From an uncultured Chloroflexia bacterium (GTDB lineage: Bacteria; Chloroflexota; Limnocylindria; QHBO01): a stretch of DNA of 64,000 bases. The notes under the pieces are model-generated. The model made no database searches. It was not told the DNA's origin and saw nothing but the letters and a program-made list of their open reading frames with translations. Of the stretch, positions 48,507 to 58,879 are shown piece after piece. Each line of letters opens with the position of its first letter. The stretch's first letter is position 1. The stretch is taken from positions 129,697-193,696 of the forward strand of contig CAVSAH010000003.1 of the NCBI GenBank assembly GCA_963725885.1, in the 5' to 3' direction. The position numbers and the translations under genes are program-made.

Positions 48507-49825
48507 ATGACCACTTCCGAGCCCGCCCGCCGATCATCGGTCGCGAGCGCCCTCATCCTCGTCGCTGTCCTCCTGCTGTTCGGTGCCGCCACGTTCGTGG
48601 CCGGGCTGGCCATTGGCGGCGGCGGCAGCGGCATCGGTCTGGCGGACCAATCCGCATCGGCTTCTGAAGGGCCGGACCTGACACCCGGCCCGACCCCGAT
48701 CCTCCAGACGATCACCTGCGCCGAGCCGAGTGAGGCGTTCGCGGTGCTGTGCGAGACGTACGCCGAGATCAAGAGCCAGTACGTCGACGAGATCACCGAC
48801 GAGGCCCTGGTCGACGCCGCCGTGCGCGGCATGGTCGAGTACGGCCTCACCGACCCCTACTCCGGCTACCTGACCCCCGACCAGTACGAGTCGGCGCAGG
48901 ACGACCTGTCCGGCGAGTTCAGCGGCATCGGCGCCGAGGTCGGGATGGAGAACCTCGAGGATCCCGACGACCTCGAGGCCTGCACGGTGGTGAGCGCGAC
49001 GTGCGCGATGGTCATCGTGTCGCCGCTGGAGGGCTCCCCGGCCGAGGAGGCCGGCCTCCGACCCGGCGACCAGGTGCTCGCTATCGACGGCGCCCCGACC
49101 ACCGGCGAGTCGGTGAGCTCGCTCGTCTACGTCGTCCGCGGCGAGGCCGGCACCGATGTGACCCTCACGATTCAGCGCGACGGCGAGACCAGTGACATCA
49201 CCGTCACGCGCGCGGTCATCGACCTCAACGAGGTCACCTACGAGCTCCTCGAGGACAGCACCGGCTACGTCCGGCTGACCTCGTTCACCGATCGCGCGCC
49301 GGACATGATCGCCGACGCGATCGCCGACCTGCTCGAGCCAGGGAGCCGATGCGTTCGTGTTCGACATGCGCGGGAACCCCGGCGGCTACATCGTTGCGGC
49401 GCAGCAGATCGCCTCGGAGTTCGTCGCATCGGGAGAGCTGCTGTTCACGGTCGAGTCCGGCGAGGACGTCCAGGAATGGCGCGCCGAGGACGGCCAGGTC
49501 CAGGATCCGGCCGTCCCGGTCGTGGTGCTCGTGAACGCGGGGTCGGCGTCGGCGTCGGAGATCGTGGCGGCCGCGCTCCAGGAGCACGAGCGCGCGCAGA
49601 TCGTCGGGCGAGCCGACCTTCGGCAAGAACACGGTCCAGGTCTGGCGCGACCTGCCCAACGGCGGCGGCCTGCGGCTCACGACCGACCGATGGTTCACTC
49701 CGGACCACAACTCGGTCGCACCCGACGGCGTCCAGCCCGACGTGGTCGTCGCGTCGCCCGATGATCCGCAGAGCGGCGAGGACCCGCAGCTCGATCGGGC
49801 GCTCGAGATTCTCGCGGAGGGCTAG
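48507..49825 (+). pseudogene. S41-family carboxy-terminal processing peptidase, with two frameshifts as sequenced
   Basis: TM anchor, PDZ (SPLEGSPAEEAGLRPGDQVLAIDG), FDMRGNPGG, VNAGSASASEIVAAAL, GEPTFGKNTVQ. Shifts lie at about 49343 and 49608. The span is 1319 nt (3n+2). Confidence 0.75.
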
Positions 49826-50481
49826 CCGGGCGTAGGGCGCGCGCACCAGAGCAGGTAGTCGCCGTCGAGGCCGGCCGGCGGCTCGTCCCACTCCAGGGTC
49901 GTCACGCCCAACAGCGGCACGTGGCGGTCGACGATCGCGGCCACGTCGCTCGCGAGCGGTGTCACGCTGCCGTCGGTGCCGATGACGTTCGCGACGTTGA
50001 GCACGAGCTGGCCACCCGGCCGCAGCAGGATCGCCACCTGGGCGAAGATCAAGCCGAGCTCGGCGAGGTAGACCAGATAGTCGCCATCGTCGGTCGCGTA
50101 GCCGGTGAGCGGGTTCTGCGAATGGTCCGTGCTGACCATGTACGGCGGCGACGTGAAGACGAGGTCGACAGGCTCGTCGACGAACCGTGACAGCTCCCGA
50201 GCGTCTCCCTCAATGAGGCGTACCCGGCCAACCGTCCGGTGGCGAGCGATCTCGAGGTGCTCGGGGACGAGCTCGATGCCGATCGCTCGCCGCCCCAGCC
50301 GCTCTGCCACAAGCACGGTCGTGCCGTACCCGGCGAACGGGTCGAGGACGAGCTCTCCCGGCTTGCTGGCATGGCCGATGACGGACGCCGCCAGCGCTTC
50401 GGTGAAGTGGATGTCGTCGGCCGTCCCCTCGGGTCGCTCGGCCAGGAGGTCCGCGGCGCGCAGGATGAGGGGCGTCGGCAC
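49822..50481 (-). CDS. Small nucleic-acid (N6-A / N4-C or RNA m2G-type) methyltransferase
   Basis: 219 aa. SAM motif LDPFAGYGTT is followed about 70 aa later by DLVFTSPPY. No partner restriction gene is present. Confidence 0.5.
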   Translation of the reverse strand: MPTPLILRAADLLAERPEGTADDIHFTEALAASVIGHASKPGELVLDPFAGYGTTVLVAERLGRRAIGIELVPEHLEIARHRTVGRVRLIEGDARELSRFVDEPVDLVFTSPPYMVSTDHSQNPLTGYATDDGDYLVYLAELGLIFAQVAILLRPGGQLVLNVANVIGTDGSVTPLASDVAAIVDRHVPLLGVTTLEWDEPPAGLDGDYLLWCARPTPG

Positions 50482-51453
50482 TCAGCCCGCCAGGAGACGG
50501 AGGAACAGCTCCGGGTCGAGGTTGCCGCCGCTGATGACGACGACCCGCTGGTCATCACCCTCCGCGCGGGCGGCGGCGCCGGACTGCTCGGCCGCCATGC
50601 TGGCGGCTCCCGACGGCTCGACCACCAGGCGCGCTCGGTGCGCGAGCTCGCGCACCGCATCGGCCATCTGGTCCTCTGTGACGGTGACGATCTCGTCCAT
50701 GAAGCGGCGCAGGTGCTCGAACGGCAGCGGGCCAAGCGAGTTCGTGCGCAGGCCGTCGGCCATGGTGCGGCCGGTCTGCTCGGCGGTCCATGTGACGAGC
50801 TCGCCGCGCTCGAGCGACTCCTTGGCATCGGCCGCCAGCTCGGGCTCCACGCCGATGACCCGGGCCGAGGGCGCAAGCGACTTCACCGCCGTCGCGACGC
50901 CGCTCGACAGCCCGCCACCGGAGACCGGCACGACGACGCTCGTTACTCCCGGCAGATCCTGGACGATCTCGAGCCCGATCGTCCCCTGCCCGGCGATGAT
51001 CGCCGGGTCGTCGTACGGCTCCACCATCACGAGCCCCTGCTCCTGCGCGAGACGCAACGCCAGGACGTGCCGCTCCTCGGAGTCCAGGCCGGTGAGCCGG
51101 ATCTCGGCACCGTCGCGCTCGACGCCCGCGATCTTCACCTTCGGCGCGTCGCGCGGCATGCAGATCACCGCACGAGCCCCGAGAAGGCGCGCGGCACGCG
51201 CCACCGCCTGCGCGTGGTTGCCGGACGAGTAGGTCACGACGCCTCGGGCGCGTTCGGCATCGGTAAGCGAGGCGATCTTGTTGTACGCGCCGCGCATCTT
51301 GAACGCGCCGACTGGCTGGAGCGATTCCGGCTTCAGCCACGTCACGTCGTCCCAGCGAAGGAGCGGCGTGCGCGTCGCCACTCCCCGGATCCGCTCGGCG
51401 GCCTCTCGGATCTCGTCGATGGAGACGATGTGCGGCTCGACCGAGGTGCTCAT
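50482..51453 (-). CDS. PLP-dependent threonine/serine dehydratase (threonine ammonia-lyase, short form)
   Basis: 323 aa. Motifs: QPVGAFKMRGA (PLP Lys), SSGNHAQAVA, VSGGGLSSG. Confidence 0.85.
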   Translation of the reverse strand: MSTSVEPHIVSIDEIREAAERIRGVATRTPLLRWDDVTWLKPESLQPVGAFKMRGAYNKIASLTDAERARGVVTYSSGNHAQAVARAARLLGARAVICMPRDAPKVKIAGVERDGAEIRLTGLDSEERHVLALRLAQEQGLVMVEPYDDPAIIAGQGTIGLEIVQDLPGVTSVVVPVSGGGLSSGVATAVKSLAPSARVIGVEPELAADAKESLERGELVTWTAEQTGRTMADGLRTNSLGPLPFEHLRRFMDEIVTVTEDQMADAVRELAHRARLVVEPSGAASMAAEQSGAAARAEGDDQRVVVISGGNLDPELFLRLLAG

Positions 51454-51475
51454 GAGCCGATGCTAACGCCTGCGC

Positions 51476-51927
51476 TCACGGAACCGGCAGGCTCTCGCAA
51501 TCCTCCTCGACGAAAACGTCGTGCTCCGGAAAGGAGAGATCAGGTGGATCGTTCGCCTCTTCGACCGAGACGAGCCGCTCGCAGCGCAGGCGCTCCCAGC
51601 CGCCGGATCCGTACTGATCCTGGCTGGCGTCGTGGAAGATCTCGACCGTGCCGTTTTCGTGCACGCGGATGTATCGCGTGATCGGGTCCCCCTCGACGCT
51701 CGTCTCGTCGTGATGAGCTCGGCTCCGCGCCCGTCTTCGAAGGCTGCCAGGAGACACTGGCGAGCCTCGACGTCGACGCCCTCGCCGCGGCCGTAGTTCT
51801 CTTCGCCGCACGATTCCAGCGGCTGCCGATTCACCACCCAATCAGGGGCCGGAACCGCGAAGAAGCCACAGCCGGCCAGCACGAGCACGACGAGCAGGAC
51901 GGGCAGCGGTGCCGACGACAAGCGCAT
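51476..51927 (-). pseudogene. Small lipoprotein of unknown function, with one frameshift as sequenced
   Basis: Lipobox LVLAGCG. The reading continues ...GAELITT / ETSVEGDPITRYIRVHENGTVEIF across a shift at about 51705. The span is 452 nt (3n+2). Confidence 0.4.
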
Positions 51928-51951
51928 CGGCCGATGCTACCCCCGCCCGAA

Positions 51952-54399
51952 TCAGGCGGCCGTCCCCTCCGGGGCGATACGGCGCGGAGCGCGGCGGCGG
52001 CGGGGGGCCCGAACGCTCTTGGCCTCCCAGCGTCGCGGCGACGCGAGGCCCTCGACACCGGACTCGATCTCGAGCCCGGTCATCGGCCTGGCGAAGAAGT
52101 AGCCCTGGCCGTAGGTGCACCCGAGGGTTCGCATCCGCTCGGCGTGCTCCTTGGTCTCGATCCCCTCGGCGACGGTCGAGATGTCGAGTGACTCGCCGAG
52201 AGCCACGATCGCGCCGGCAAGCGCCGCGGAGCGCTCGTCGCCCTCGGAAACCTGGACGAACTCGCTCGCGATCTTCAGGGCGTCGACGGGGAACTGGCGC
52301 AGGTGGCTCAACGAGAAGTAGCCGGTCCCGAAGTCGTCGATGACCACGCGGACCCCGAGCGAGCGAAGGGCCTCGAGGGTCGTCACCGTCGTCGAGGTCG
52401 CCTTGATGAGCGCGGTCTCGGTGATCTCGAGAATGAGGCGAGACGCCTCGAACCCGGCCCACAGAAGCGCCTCCTCGACGGCGCCGACAAAGCCCGGCTG
52501 CTGGATCTCGCGCGCCGAGACGTTGACGCACATGAACAGACCGGGCGGAATGACCCCGTCCTTCTGCCAGGTGACCGCGCGCTCACAGGCCTCGCGCAGA
52601 ACCCAGCGGCCGATGGGCAGGATCGCCCCGTTCTCCTCGGCCATCTCGATGAACTCCCCGGGGCTCACCAGACCGCGGTCCGGATGCTCCCAGCGAACGA
52701 GCGCCTCGAGGCCCGAGATGCGCCCCGAGTCGAGGGCGACGATGGGCTGGAAAACGAGCCGGAGCTGGCCCAGGTCGACGGCGTTCTGGAGCTGGGCGCC
52801 CAGCTCGTGGCGGGCACGAATCGACGCGTGCATCCCCGGATCGAAGACCGCGAAGCCCGACTTGCCGTTCGCCTTGGCCATGTACATGGCGACGTCGGCG
52901 TTGCGGACGATCTCGCCCGCATCGGCTCCGGCATCCTCGGCTCCTGCGATGCCGATGCTGGCCGACACCGTGATCGCGTGCTTGCCGATCACGTAGGGCA
53001 CGCGCAGGTCGCGGACGAGGCGTTCGGCCATCGCTCTGGCCTTGGCGAGGTTGGGCTCGTCATCGGTCAGGATCGCGAACTCGTCCCCGCCCAGCCTCGC
53101 GACCAGGTCGCCCTTGCGGACGAGGCCGGTGATCCGATCGGTCACCGCGATGAGGAGTGCGTCGCCGGCGGCATGTCCGAGCGTGTCGTTGATGACCTTG
53201 AAGTCGTCGAGGTCGATGAAGAGCACGGCGCTGGTCCGGCCATCGGCGGCGCCCTGCTCATGGGTCGCAAGGGTGTGCTCCAGGGTGAGCTGGAACATCC
53301 GCCGGTTGGCCGCACCGGTGAGGGAGTCACGCTCGGCCAGGTCCTGGACATGTCGCAGGAGGACCGCGTTGCGCAGGTTGAGGGCGGCCACCGCCGAGAA
53401 CTGACCAAGGACCGATGCGATCCGGCGCTCGATCCCGAACACCGTGCGTGATCGATGCTCAACGACGATGGCCCCCACCGGACGGCCGTCGGCGAACATC
53501 GGGGAGATCAGGAGATTGCGGGCGTCCGGAAGGGTCGCGGCCAGCAGCGGATTGGCCTCGGGGCTCACGCGGCGAACGGGGAGCAGCTCGCGCCGATCCC
53601 ACGCCTTTCGGATGATCGCGTCCGGCTCGGCGGTGCCGGTCCACTCCTCCGCCCCACGCGAGGCGAGCACCCAGAGATTGCCCTCGGCGGTACCGAGGAC
53701 GAGGCCGCGCTCGAACCCGAACCGGTCGGTGAGGCCGTCGAGCACCACGCGCGCCTGGAGAACCGGGTCCGCGACGTCGTCAAGGCGCGCGCCGACGTCG
53801 ACGAGCGCCTGGAGATCGGCGCGGCGCTGGCGCAGCTCTCGCTCGTTCATGGCCGAGAAGACGGACGTCGCCAGGGCGAAGAGCCAGAACGAGGTGACGT
53901 TGAGGACCGGCATGCGGTCGAAGTCGAGGGCACCGCCGGGAATGACATCGACGGGCGGAAGCAGCGCGGCGGCCTGGGCGTAGAGGACGACGAACAGCAG
54001 CAGCGAGTGCCACAGCGCGATCTTCAGCCCGGTCCGATACGACGCGAGCAGCGACACGGCGACGAGGTGGAGGTAGATGAGGAATCGGATCGGGCTCTGC
54101 GTCGCTCCGGTGACGTACATCGCATAGGCGAGGTAGAGGCCGTCGAGGATGAGCATCGTGCTCATCACCGCGAAACCGTGCGGACCGGCCCGCCGTCGCA
54201 GGACCTCGGCGATCAGCGCGCAGGCCACGAACGCGGCGCTGACGCCCAGGAGCTGGGCGAACGGAGCACCCATCGATTCGGGGCGGATGGACGCCCAGAT
54301 CCCGATGACCGCGGCCATTCCGATGCGCAGCAGCATCAGGTATCCCATGCGGTCGCTCAGGGCGGTGTACTCGTCGGCGCGCGAATGCTGAGCGATCAC
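51952..54399 (-). CDS. Membrane-bound GAF-GGDEF-EAL protein (diguanylate cyclase / c-di-GMP phosphodiesterase)
   Basis: 815 aa. Multi-TM N-terminus. RKGD (I-site) plus RLGGDEFAIL. EALVRWEHP, DDFGTGYFSL, and QGYFFARP. Confidence 0.85.
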   Translation of the reverse strand: MIAQHSRADEYTALSDRMGYLMLLRIGMAAVIGIWASIRPESMGAPFAQLLGVSAAFVACALIAEVLRRRAGPHGFAVMSTMLILDGLYLAYAMYVTGATQSPIRFLIYLHLVAVSLLASYRTGLKIALWHSLLLFVVLYAQAAALLPPVDVIPGGALDFDRMPVLNVTSFWLFALATSVFSAMNERELRQRRADLQALVDVGARLDDVADPVLQARVVLDGLTDRFGFERGLVLGTAEGNLWVLASRGAEEWTGTAEPDAIIRKAWDRRELLPVRRVSPEANPLLAATLPDARNLLISPMFADGRPVGAIVVEHRSRTVFGIERRIASVLGQFSAVAALNLRNAVLLRHVQDLAERDSLTGAANRRMFQLTLEHTLATHEQGAADGRTSAVLFIDLDDFKVINDTLGHAAGDALLIAVTDRITGLVRKGDLVARLGGDEFAILTDDEPNLAKARAMAERLVRDLRVPYVIGKHAITVSASIGIAGAEDAGADAGEIVRNADVAMYMAKANGKSGFAVFDPGMHASIRARHELGAQLQNAVDLGQLRLVFQPIVALDSGRISGLEALVRWEHPDRGLVSPGEFIEMAEENGAILPIGRWVLREACERAVTWQKDGVIPPGLFMCVNVSAREIQQPGFVGAVEEALLWAGFEASRLILEITETALIKATSTTVTTLEALRSLGVRVVIDDFGTGYFSLSHLRQFPVDALKIASEFVQVSEGDERSAALAGAIVALGESLDISTVAEGIETKEHAERMRTLGCTYGQGYFFARPMTGLEIESGVEGLASPRRWEAKSVRAPRRRRAPRRIAPEGTAA

Positions 54400-55743
54400 A
54401 GCTGGTCCTCTCCCTGGAACTGAACGAGGGTCTCGACTCCGTCTCGCGGCGCATTGCGCAGCTTCGGATCACGGCGATCGACCTGTCCGTGAGCCATCAG
54501 GAACGCGAGCACGGCGACCGCGAGGCTGATCGGGAAGGTGAACTCGGCGGCCACCGCAACGACGGCCTCGGGCTGTACGACGCGGCTGACCTGATCGACG
54601 GCAGCACCGACCACGTCGCTGAAGACCTGGCCCACCACGGTGGCCGGACCGGCCGGGGCCACCGGTGGCGGCGCCGGCGGGGCCGCAGCCGGAGCGGGGC
54701 CCGGATTCGGCGCCGGAGGCACGGCTGCGACTGGACCGGCGACGCTCTCGCTCCCGTCCACATGCGGCCGTGGATCCGGCGCGGGCGGGGCGGCATCGGG
54801 CTCGAGATCGGCCTCGGGAGAAGGTCCGGCCACGGGCGCGGCAGGCGCGACAGGCTCGGACACCGAGTCCTCACCGCCCGCCGGCGGCGGCGGGGGGACC
54901 TCGCGCTGCGGCGGCACGACGTTCGTCGGCGTCACGATCGACGTCGGGGTGGGCGTGGGAGTCGGGGTCGGCGTCGGCGTCGGAGTCGGGGTCGGGAGTC
55001 GGCGTCGGCGTGGGGGTCGGAGTCGGGGTCGGGGTCGGGGTCGGTGTCGGGGTCGGCGTGGGCGTCGGCGTGGGGGTTGGGGTCGGCGTCGGGGTCGGTG
55101 TCGGAGTCGGGGTTGGCGTGGGGGTCGGCGTCGGGGTCGGCGTCGGGGTCGGCGTCGGGGTCGGGGTCGGCGTGGGGGTCGGCGTGGGTGTCGGAGTCGG
55201 TGTCGGGGTCGGCGTTGGCGTCGGTGTCGGGGTCGGGGTCGGCGTCGGCGTGGGGGTCGGCGTGGGCGTGGGCGAGCCCTGGACGATGCGGAGGACGGTA
55301 TCGGCCCCGTCATCCCAATCCGCGGCACTCGGCAGCTCGAGGCAGTTGAGCGTCGAGCCGCTGGCGAGGGCGCAGATGAAGTCCATCCCGGGGGAGCCGG
55401 CGTGATACGTGATCGAGCATTCGCCGGCCGAGCCGGTCCAGCAGTGGTAGTCGGGGCTGGAGGCGGAGCCGGGCGGGTCGTTCTCGCTGAACCAGAAATA
55501 CCAGCGCACGTGCGTGTCGCTGCCCGGGCCAGTCGCTGGGTTGCCTTCCGAGTCACGGACGTGAGCCGTCAGCGTCACGTCGCTTCCGGTCACGACATTC
55601 GCGACATCCGGGTCGACGTCGACGAGCGTTCCAGGATCCGCGAGCAGCGGCGGGGCCGCAGCCAGGAGGAGCGAGCCGACGAGCGACAGCGACGCCACGA
55701 TCCCGAGCGCACGGCGAGCTGCCCCACGGTGCGACGGCCGCAT
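54396..55743 (-). pseudogene. Secreted protein with an Ig-like domain, a (TP)55 linker, a Pro-rich segment and a C-terminal TM anchor. The frame is broken inside the repeat as sequenced.
   Basis: Signal peptide (ALGIVASLSLVGSLLLAAAPPLLA) and VTLTAHVRDSEGNP. The TP repeat is read in one frame above 54997 and in another below it. C-terminal TM: FPISLAVAVLAFLMA. The stop overlaps the GGDEF-EAL start as GTGA. The span is 1348 nt (3n+1). Confidence 0.6.
54943..55273 (-). repeat. 55 tandem hexanucleotide units (GTNGGN on the + strand, ACN-CCN Thr-Pro on the coding strand) with one extra A at 54997
   Basis: Parsed unit by unit. The 6-nt periodicity is perfect apart from the single inserted A after unit 9. 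Confidence 0.85.
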
Positions 55744-56011
55744 CGAGGGCTCGGTTTCCGCGCAATAGTCGGCGGACCAGCGTTCCATGGCTGGTGCGAG
55801 AATCCCGCCTGATCGGCATGTCAACGAGGGGCGTGATCGTCATGGGGGTACGCCCCACCGCGACGCGACGTATCGCGGGCTGGCGGGCAATCGGGCGGAG
55901 TGTGGTCTGGGGCAGTACTCGGGCGGGACTCGAGTTCCGGCGCGAGGTGGGGATCAGGTCAGATCGGACCCGTTGAGGCTGGTGGTTTCGAGTAGGGGGC
56001 GCCGGCGGCGG

Positions 56012-57178
56012 CTAGAGGTTGCCCCGCCGGGCCTGCTCAATCTCGATCGCCTCGAAGAGCGCCTTGAAGTTGCCGACGCCGAAGCCGCGAGATCCGTGAC
56101 GCTCGATGATCTCGAAGAAGAACGTCGGACGATCCTGCACCGGGCGAGTGAAGATCTGGAGGAGGTAGCCCTCTTCGTCGCGATCGGCCTCGATGCCGAG
56201 TTCCTCGAGCAGCTCGATCGGAACCCCGACGTCGCCGACCCGGTCGGGCAGCGACTCGTAGTAGGCGTGCGGCATGCCCAGGAACTCGACGCCCCGTCCC
56301 CGCAGGGCGCGGACGGTGCCGACGATGTCCTCGGTGCGCAGCGCGATGTGCTGGGTCCCTGCGTCGAGGTAGTAGTCGAGGAACTCCTGGATCTGGCTCT
56401 TCTTCTTGCCGGCGGCCGGCTCGTTGATGGGGAACTTGATCCGCCCGTTCCCGTTCGTCATCACCTTGCTCATCAGCGCCGAGTAGTCGGTGTGGATGAC
56501 CTTGTCGTCGTAGTGGATGAGCTGGGCGAAGCCGAGGACGTCGCGGTAGTAGTCCACGAAGCGATTCATGTCCCCGAGCTCGACGTTGCCGACGCAGTGG
56601 TCGACCTCGAGCAGGCTCTGGCCGGTGGCCGCCGGAGCCGGATTGGTGATGCGGTGGTAGCCGGGCGCGAACGCGCCGTGGTAGTCGGAGCGGTCGACGA
56701 ACGAGTGCACGACCTCGCCGTAGGCGTGGATGCTGCTCCGCCGCAGCGTGCCCTTCTTGCCCTCGATTTCGGTCGGGTCGAGCGCGGAGATGGCGCCACG
56801 CGAGGTCGTCTCGCGCCAGGCCGACGAGACGTCGTCGACCGCGAAGGCGATGTCCTTCACGCCGTCGCCATGCCTGGCCACGTGCTCCGCGATCTCGCCG
56901 TCCGGCCCGAGCGGGGCGGTGAAGACGAAGCGGATGTCGTTCTGCACCATCACGAAGCTCGACCGATCGCGCACACCGGTCTCGAGGCCGGCATAGGCGA
57001 CGGGGGTGAAGCCCCACAGCGCGCGGTAGTAGTGCGCGGCCTGCTTCGCGTTGCCCACCCAGAACTCGACGTGATCGATGCCCTTGAGCGGCAGGAAGTC
57101 CTGCGCCTCATCGGCGGCGTTGGGGTTGACGATCGCGCCGGCCTGGTTGGCGGCTCCGCGCGAGAGCGTATCGGTCAT
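56012..57178 (-). CDS. hppD: 4-hydroxyphenylpyruvate dioxygenase
   Basis: 388 aa from ATG 57178. Motifs: IDHVEFWVGNAKQAAHYY, HIALRTEDI, LLQIFT, FFFEIIERHGSRGFGVGNFKALFEAIEIEQ. Confidence 0.9.
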   Translation of the reverse strand: MTDTLSRGAANQAGAIVNPNAADEAQDFLPLKGIDHVEFWVGNAKQAAHYYRALWGFTPVAYAGLETGVRDRSSFVMVQNDIRFVFTAPLGPDGEIAEHVARHGDGVKDIAFAVDDVSSAWRETTSRGAISALDPTEIEGKKGTLRRSSIHAYGEVVHSFVDRSDYHGAFAPGYHRITNPAPAATGQSLLEVDHCVGNVELGDMNRFVDYYRDVLGFAQLIHYDDKVIHTDYSALMSKVMTNGNGRIKFPINEPAAGKKKSQIQEFLDYYLDAGTQHIALRTEDIVGTVRALRGRGVEFLGMPHAYYESLPDRVGDVGVPIELLEELGIEADRDEEGYLLQIFTRPVQDRPTFFFEIIERHGSRGFGVGNFKALFEAIEIEQARRGNL

Positions 57179-57188
57179 GCGGTCGAGT

Positions 57189-57917
57189 CTACCCCTCGGC
57201 CGTCCCGGCATCGAGAGCGACGTCGATCATGCGGTCGATGGCACGATCGAGCTCGTCGAGGGGCAGGTACGTCTCCTCGGTGCTCACCTCCTCGGACAGG
57301 ACGTCCGAGACGGTGAGCGCGCAGGCGGCCTTCACACCTGCCCGCGCCGCCAGGAAGAACAGCGCCGACGCCTCCATCTCGAGGGCCAGCACGCCACGCT
57401 CCCGCCAGCGCTTCGCGTAGTCGGCGTCGGGGTTGTAGAAGACGTCGACCGATGCGATGAGCCCGGTCCACGCCGCGATGCCCGCGGCCGCTGCGGCGTC
57501 GACGAGGGCGCGGGTGAGGCCGAAGTCGGCGGCCGGCGCGTAGGCGTCGCCGTGGAGGTACGTGCGCGTCGACCCGTCGGTAGGACAGGCGGCCGTGGCG
57601 ACGACGAGGTCGCCCGTCTTCAGGCCCTTGCCGATTCCGCCGCACGTGCCGACGCGGATGAGCCGCGTCGCGCCGAGCCGCAGCAGCTCCTCCACGACGA
57701 TGCTCAGGCTGGGTGTTCCCATCCCGCTGGTCTGGACGCTGACAGGCACCCCGTGATAGGTCCCGGTGAACCCGAACAGCCCGCGGTGCTCGTTCACGGT
57801 GCGGACCGAGCCTTCGTCGAAGCGCTCGCTGATGCGCCGGGCCCGGTTCGGATCGCCCGGGAGCAGGACGAGCGGCGCGTAGTCGCCCTCTTCGGCGCGA
57901 AGGTGGATCTGTGGCAT
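57189..57917 (-). CDS. Purine/uridine nucleoside phosphorylase (PNP/UDP-1 family, DeoD-like)
   Basis: 242 aa. Motifs: LLPGDPNRA, QTSGMGTPS, IRVGTCGG, LALEMEA. Confidence 0.75.
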   Translation of the reverse strand: MPQIHLRAEEGDYAPLVLLPGDPNRARRISERFDEGSVRTVNEHRGLFGFTGTYHGVPVSVQTSGMGTPSLSIVVEELLRLGATRLIRVGTCGGIGKGLKTGDLVVATAACPTDGSTRTYLHGDAYAPAADFGLTRALVDAAAAAGIAAWTGLIASVDVFYNPDADYAKRWRERGVLALEMEASALFFLAARAGVKAACALTVSDVLSEEVSTEETYLPLDELDRAIDRMIDVALDAGTAEG

Positions 57918-58042
57918 GCCGCTAGCCTAGCCGAGACCACCGGTTTCGAGACGTCCGGCACTGGCAGGCGGCTTGCTCAGCCCGCCAACCGACGACGGAG
58001 GAGCGGCCTGACCCGACTCGCGGCCCTGTAGCATCGGAGCCG

Positions 58043-58879
58043 ATGACCCGCAGCCGATGGACCGATGAGCTCGCCTTCGCGACCGATCTCGCCCGGCGAG
58101 CGGGCGCCGTCCTGACCAGGAGCTACGGCCGGCTGCGAGCGGATCGACTACAAGAGCAAGCGCGACGTCGTGACCGATGCGGACTACGCCTCGGAGCGCC
58201 TCGTCATCGATGCCATCCGCCGGCGTCACCCCGGCGATGCGATCCTCGCCGAAGAGTCGGGCGAGCACGCGGGAGTGCTCCGCGACGACGGCTCGCACAA
58301 CGGACGAACCTGGGTCATCGACCCGTTGGACGGCACGGTCAACTACGCGAACGGCATCCCGTACTACTGCGTCAGCATCGGGCTGGTTGTGGACGGTCAG
58401 CCGGCCGTCGGCGTGGTGTTCGACCCTGCCCGGGACGACCTCTACACCGCCACCGCGACCGACCGCGCGCGGCACAACGGCAAGCCGATCACGCGCCTCG
58501 ACGAAGGAGGCGCTGTCGGACTACGTGGTGAGCCTGGCGGTCATCGGTCGTGGAGGGCTCGCCCGAGAGCGCCGCATCGCGCGCAGCATCCGCATCCATC
58601 GGCGCATGGGCAGCGCCGCTCTCGCCCTCGCCTACGTCGCGGGCGGACGCTTCGATGCGTTCGTGCAGAACGGCGGCCTATCGCTGTGGGACGTCGCCGC
58701 CGCCGGCCTCATCGCCGAGCGCGTCCGGGGCCGTCGTCACGAGCCTGGACGGCGGGGCGTGGTGGCAACCGAAGACACGCGGCCCGCGCAACAGCGTCGT
58801 CGCGGCGCCGCCGGCCCAGCACGCGGCCATCCTCGAGATGCTGGCCAGGGAACGGATGACGGTGCAGGGCAGGACCTAG
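58043..58879 (+). pseudogene. Inositol monophosphatase family protein (SuhB-like), with three frameshifts as sequenced
   Basis: AEESG, WVIDPLDGTVNYANGIPYYCVSI and WDVAAAGLI are spread over three frames. Shifts lie at about 58140, 58493 and 58722, all +1. The span is 837 nt (3n). Confidence 0.8.

Noticed and set aside
54943-55273. Whether the tandem repeats at 54943-55273 and 10134-10337 could be CRISPR arrays.
   Set aside because: The period is 6 nt, there are no spacers, both repeats lie inside coding sequence, and there are no cas genes in the window.
54640-55812. Plus-strand ORFs across the TP repeat that read (GV)n or Arg/Gly-rich repeats (54640..55812 and 54665..55405).
   Set aside because: These are mirror frames of the minus-strand Thr-Pro repeat. 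Only the minus strand connects a signal peptide, a folded-looking domain and a TM anchor.
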